A stretch of DNA of 64,000 bases from Torpedo marmorata (lineage: Eukaryota). How positions within the stretch are numbered: the first letter of the stretch is position 1; each line of letters starts with the position of its first letter. The DNA lies in NCBI GenBank assembly GCA_977017645.1, contig OZ360226.1, forward strand, positions 123,566,001 to 123,630,000, in the 5' to 3' direction. Position numbers and translations under genes: made by a program. Shown one piece after another: positions 61,050-64,000 of the stretch. The notes under the pieces were generated by a model that was not told where the DNA came from, made no database searches, and was given only the letters and a program-made list of their open reading frames with translations.

Positions 61050-61755
61050 TGAAAATAGCCAATTAAATTAAAGAAATGGAGGTTGAGTTATTCTGATTAT
61101 TGTCAAAAGCCTTTTTTTAGCAAAGCTAACAGATCAAAATTAACTAAAATTATTTATAAAACTTATGAGATTAAAGGAGCTGTGGTTTGGTGGATAAAAA
61201 ATTGCCTTAGGGATTGAAAGAACAGTGGCAGTGAATTCAAATTGGAGGGGAGTGGGTGATGGTATCTCCCAGCCACACAGTGGGGAGCATTGCTATTCTA
61301 ATGTAAATTAATGGTAGAAACTCAAGCATGTGGAACATTTCAAAGCTGATATGAAACTTGGAGTTGCAATAAACAATGAGGTGGATGGTGAGTGACTTCA
61401 AGATTGGCAGACACATGGTCGGTGAAGTTTAACACAATATATAAAATGATTCATTTGGGAGGAATAACATAAAAAGAAAACAATAAACAAAATTATGCAG
61501 TGCTCTTGGGGTTCACAAAAAAAACCAGTAAGATCCACATCCACAAATCTGACAATGGTAGGAAATAAGAAAGGTTTAGTAAAGAAATATAAGGGAATCC
61601 TTGGCTGTATTAAGATAATAAATTTGCAAAAAATGTGAAAAAAATCATAAAATATTGGTTCAACCACAACTCCAATATTGGGCACCTTCTTATGAAGGAT
61701 GTCAAGATCTTGGAGGGGCACAAAGAAATTAACAAGAATGATAGCAAGGCTAGTT
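61050..61755 (+). mobile_element. Very degenerate CR1 RT remnant
   Basis: Traces of tggataaaaaattg, gctgatatgaaacttgga, attcatttggga, and ttggaggggcacaaagaaattaacaagaatgata. Confidence 0.45.
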
Positions 61756-61759
61756 ATAA

Positions 61760-62482
61760 TAGAACATAGAACATTACAGCACAGTACAGGCCCTTCTGTC
61801 AACAATGTTGTACCGACCAATGTAAACGTACTCCACAACAATCTAGTTTTTCCCTACCTCACACCCATAACTATATTCTTACATCCATATGCCTATCAAA
61901 GAGTCTTTGAATTCCCTATTCTACCAGACTCCATCACCACTTCCGACAATGCATTCCAGGCACCCACCTCTGTGTAAAAAAAACGTACCTCTGACATCTC
62001 CACTAAACTTTCCTCCACTCACCTTAAACAGATGTCCTCTGCTATTTCTGTTGTTGCCCCAAGGAAAAGATTTAAAATTTTAATTTTAGACATATAGTAT
62101 GGTAACAGGCCATTTCGGCCCACGAGTCTGTGCTGCCCAGTTTACACCCAATTAACCTACAACCCCCCGGTACGTTTCGAACGGTGGGAGGACACCAGAG
62201 CCCCTGGGGAAAACCCACACAGACATGGGGAGAAAGTACAAACTCTTTACAGACAGAGCAGGATTCGAATCCCGGTCCCGATCGCTGGCGCTGTAAAGGC
62301 ATTGCGCTAACCGCTACCCCAACCGTGCCACTCTAACTGCTGGTTAGATGCTGGTTGTCCAACCTATCTAAGCCCCTCATAATCTTATATATCTCTGTTA
62401 AGTCACCTCTCATCCTTCTTCGCTCCAATGAGAAAAGTCCTACCTCTGTCAACCATGCCTCATAAGAGACGTTCTCCAATCC
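61760..62482 (-). mobile_element. CR1 3' end split by a SINE
   Basis: agaacatagaacattacagcacagtacaggccctt (CR1 tail, reverse complement) ... aagtcacctctcatccttcttcgctcca. Confidence 0.75.
62069..62330 (-). mobile_element. V-SINE/HE1-like SINE
   Basis: Reverse complement of the 35597-35842 family with B-box ggattcgaatcc. Confidence 0.85.
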
Positions 62483-62489
62483 AACACCT

Positions 62490-63600
62490 TAGCCGGGTGC
62501 TTCTGGCCTTTAATACTCCCTTTCAACCCAAATCAGGGTATCTACTCGTCCCCCCTTGCAACTCCCGTGTGCCCCTGGGCATGGTGACGGTTTAAAGAGG
62601 CAACATCTGTAACTGGGTTCTGGACTTCCTAACGGAAAGGCCACAGTCTGTCCGGGTTGGCAGCAGAACGTCGAACACCGACACGCTGACCACTGGTGCA
62701 CCTCAGGGCTGAGTGTTCAGCCGCTCCTGTTCACGCTACTGACCCACAACTACAACGCTAGATCCAGTTCCAACAGAGTCATCAAGTTTTCAGATGGCAC
62801 AACAGTAGTTGGCCTCATCAGCAACAACGATGAGTCACACTACAGAGAAGAGGTGGAATATCTTGTGATATGGTGCGAGAGTAACAACCTGAGTCTCAAC
62901 GTAGACAAGACAAAGGAGATGACTGTAGACTTCAGGAGGACCAGGGACGACCACCCTCCACTACAAATTAATAACTTGGTAGCGGAGAGAGTAGAGAGCA
63001 CCACGTTCCTCGGAGTCCACTTAAGAAGTAACCTATCCTGGACACACAACATCTCCTCACTTGTCAGGAAGGTGCACTTTCTGAGAAGACTGAGTTGGGC
63101 AAGGCTACCCGCCACCATCCTGTCAACTTTCTACAGGAGCTCTATCGATAGCGTCCTGGCCGGCTGCATCACAGTGTGGTACAGTTGCTGTACAGCATTG
63201 GATCGGAGGTCAATCCACAGACCATACGAGTGGCAGAGAGGATCACTGGGGTTCCCCTCCCCACCATCGACGTGATCTACTGGGATCATTGTTTGAAGAG
63301 GGCTCACAAAATCGTTGAGGACCCCTACCACCCCACACACAGCAGCTTTCAGTTACTCCTGTCCAGAAAGAGATACGGGAGTATTAGAGTCAGAACCACC
63401 AAGATGAGAAACAGCTTCTTCCCACGGGCAGTGAGAATGCTGAACAACTGAATGAACTGCTCATACAAACCCTCCAAGACTCTACTATTTATTCAACAAT
63501 ACTGTATTTATTTAATACATGTATATGTGAACTGCATATGTATCATTTGTCTGTATGCGTGTTTGCATGTTTTTGCACCGAGGACCAGAACTGAACGTAA
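62490..63600 (+). mobile_element. Rex1/Babar LINE, 5'-truncated, degenerate
   Basis: TGAPQG..., WCESNNLSLNVDKTKEMTVDFRR, FYRSSIDSVLAGCITVWY, RNSFFPRAVRMLN. Confidence 0.85.
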
Positions 63601-63664
63601 TATTTCAAATGTGGTCTATCCACAGTTTTATAGAGCTGCAACATTACCTCACGGCTCTTGACCT

Positions 63665-64000
63665 CATGCTCTTTATCGACTACAGTTCGGCTTTTAACAC
63701 CATCATCCCCTCAAAACTGATCAGCAAACTCCAATTCTGGGAGTTAACACCCACTGTGTAATTGGATCATGGATTTCCTCACCTCCAGACCACAATCAGT
63801 GAAGATTGGTAAGAACTTCTCCTCCTCAATTTCCATCAGTACCGGAGCTCCACAGGGCTGTGTTCTTAGCCCCCTGATTTACTCACTTTACACCTACGAC
63901 TGTGTGGCTTGGTAAGACAATAACACTATCTACAAATTTGCCGACGATACCACAGTAGTGGGTTGTATAAAGAAAGGAAGGGGATGAGTCAGCATACAGG
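63665..64000 (+). mobile_element. Rex1/Babar LINE fragment running off the window end
   Basis: Near-identical to 16930-17262 (atgctctttatcgactacagttcggc...tacaaatttgccgacgatacc). Confidence 0.88.

Noticed and set aside
1-64000. Prokaryotic systems (CRISPR arrays, operons, retrons, defence RTs)
   Set aside because: No spacer-repeat array or gene-dense structure; all RT motifs belong to eukaryotic retrotransposons, and a spliced vertebrate exon is present.

Overview
Vertebrate genomic DNA, most likely a cartilaginous fish (shark/ray, inferred from HE1/V-SINE-type SINEs and the CR1/Rex1/Penelope repeat mix), lying wholly inside very large introns of a neurobeachin-family gene on the minus strand. 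Only one host exon is visible (10248-10372, NBEA-like 'HDFWRLDYWEDDLRRRRRF'). Most of the rest is nested retrotransposon DNA: CR1, Rex1/Babar, RTE and L1/Tx1 LINEs, Penelope-like elements with hammerhead ribozyme motifs, V-SINEs, and two adjacent full-length Ty3/Gypsy LTR elements, one intact with apparently identical LTRs. The most interesting signals are in the two Gypsy elements. (i) They have no tRNA primer-binding site; the PBS position instead holds a 12-15 nt sequence complementary to the element's own LTR AATAAA region, with a compensatory change between the two subfamilies (self-priming and/or poly(A)-signal occlusion). (ii) A hairpin over the PPT is conserved in both. (iii) A repeated YY1/ETS/CRE/E-box cassette sits in-frame in the gag-protease linker. 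An L1/Tx1 copy also shows 5'-inversion (twin-priming) geometry. Boundaries of old degenerate repeats are approximate, and family names come from motif recognition by eye, not database searches.
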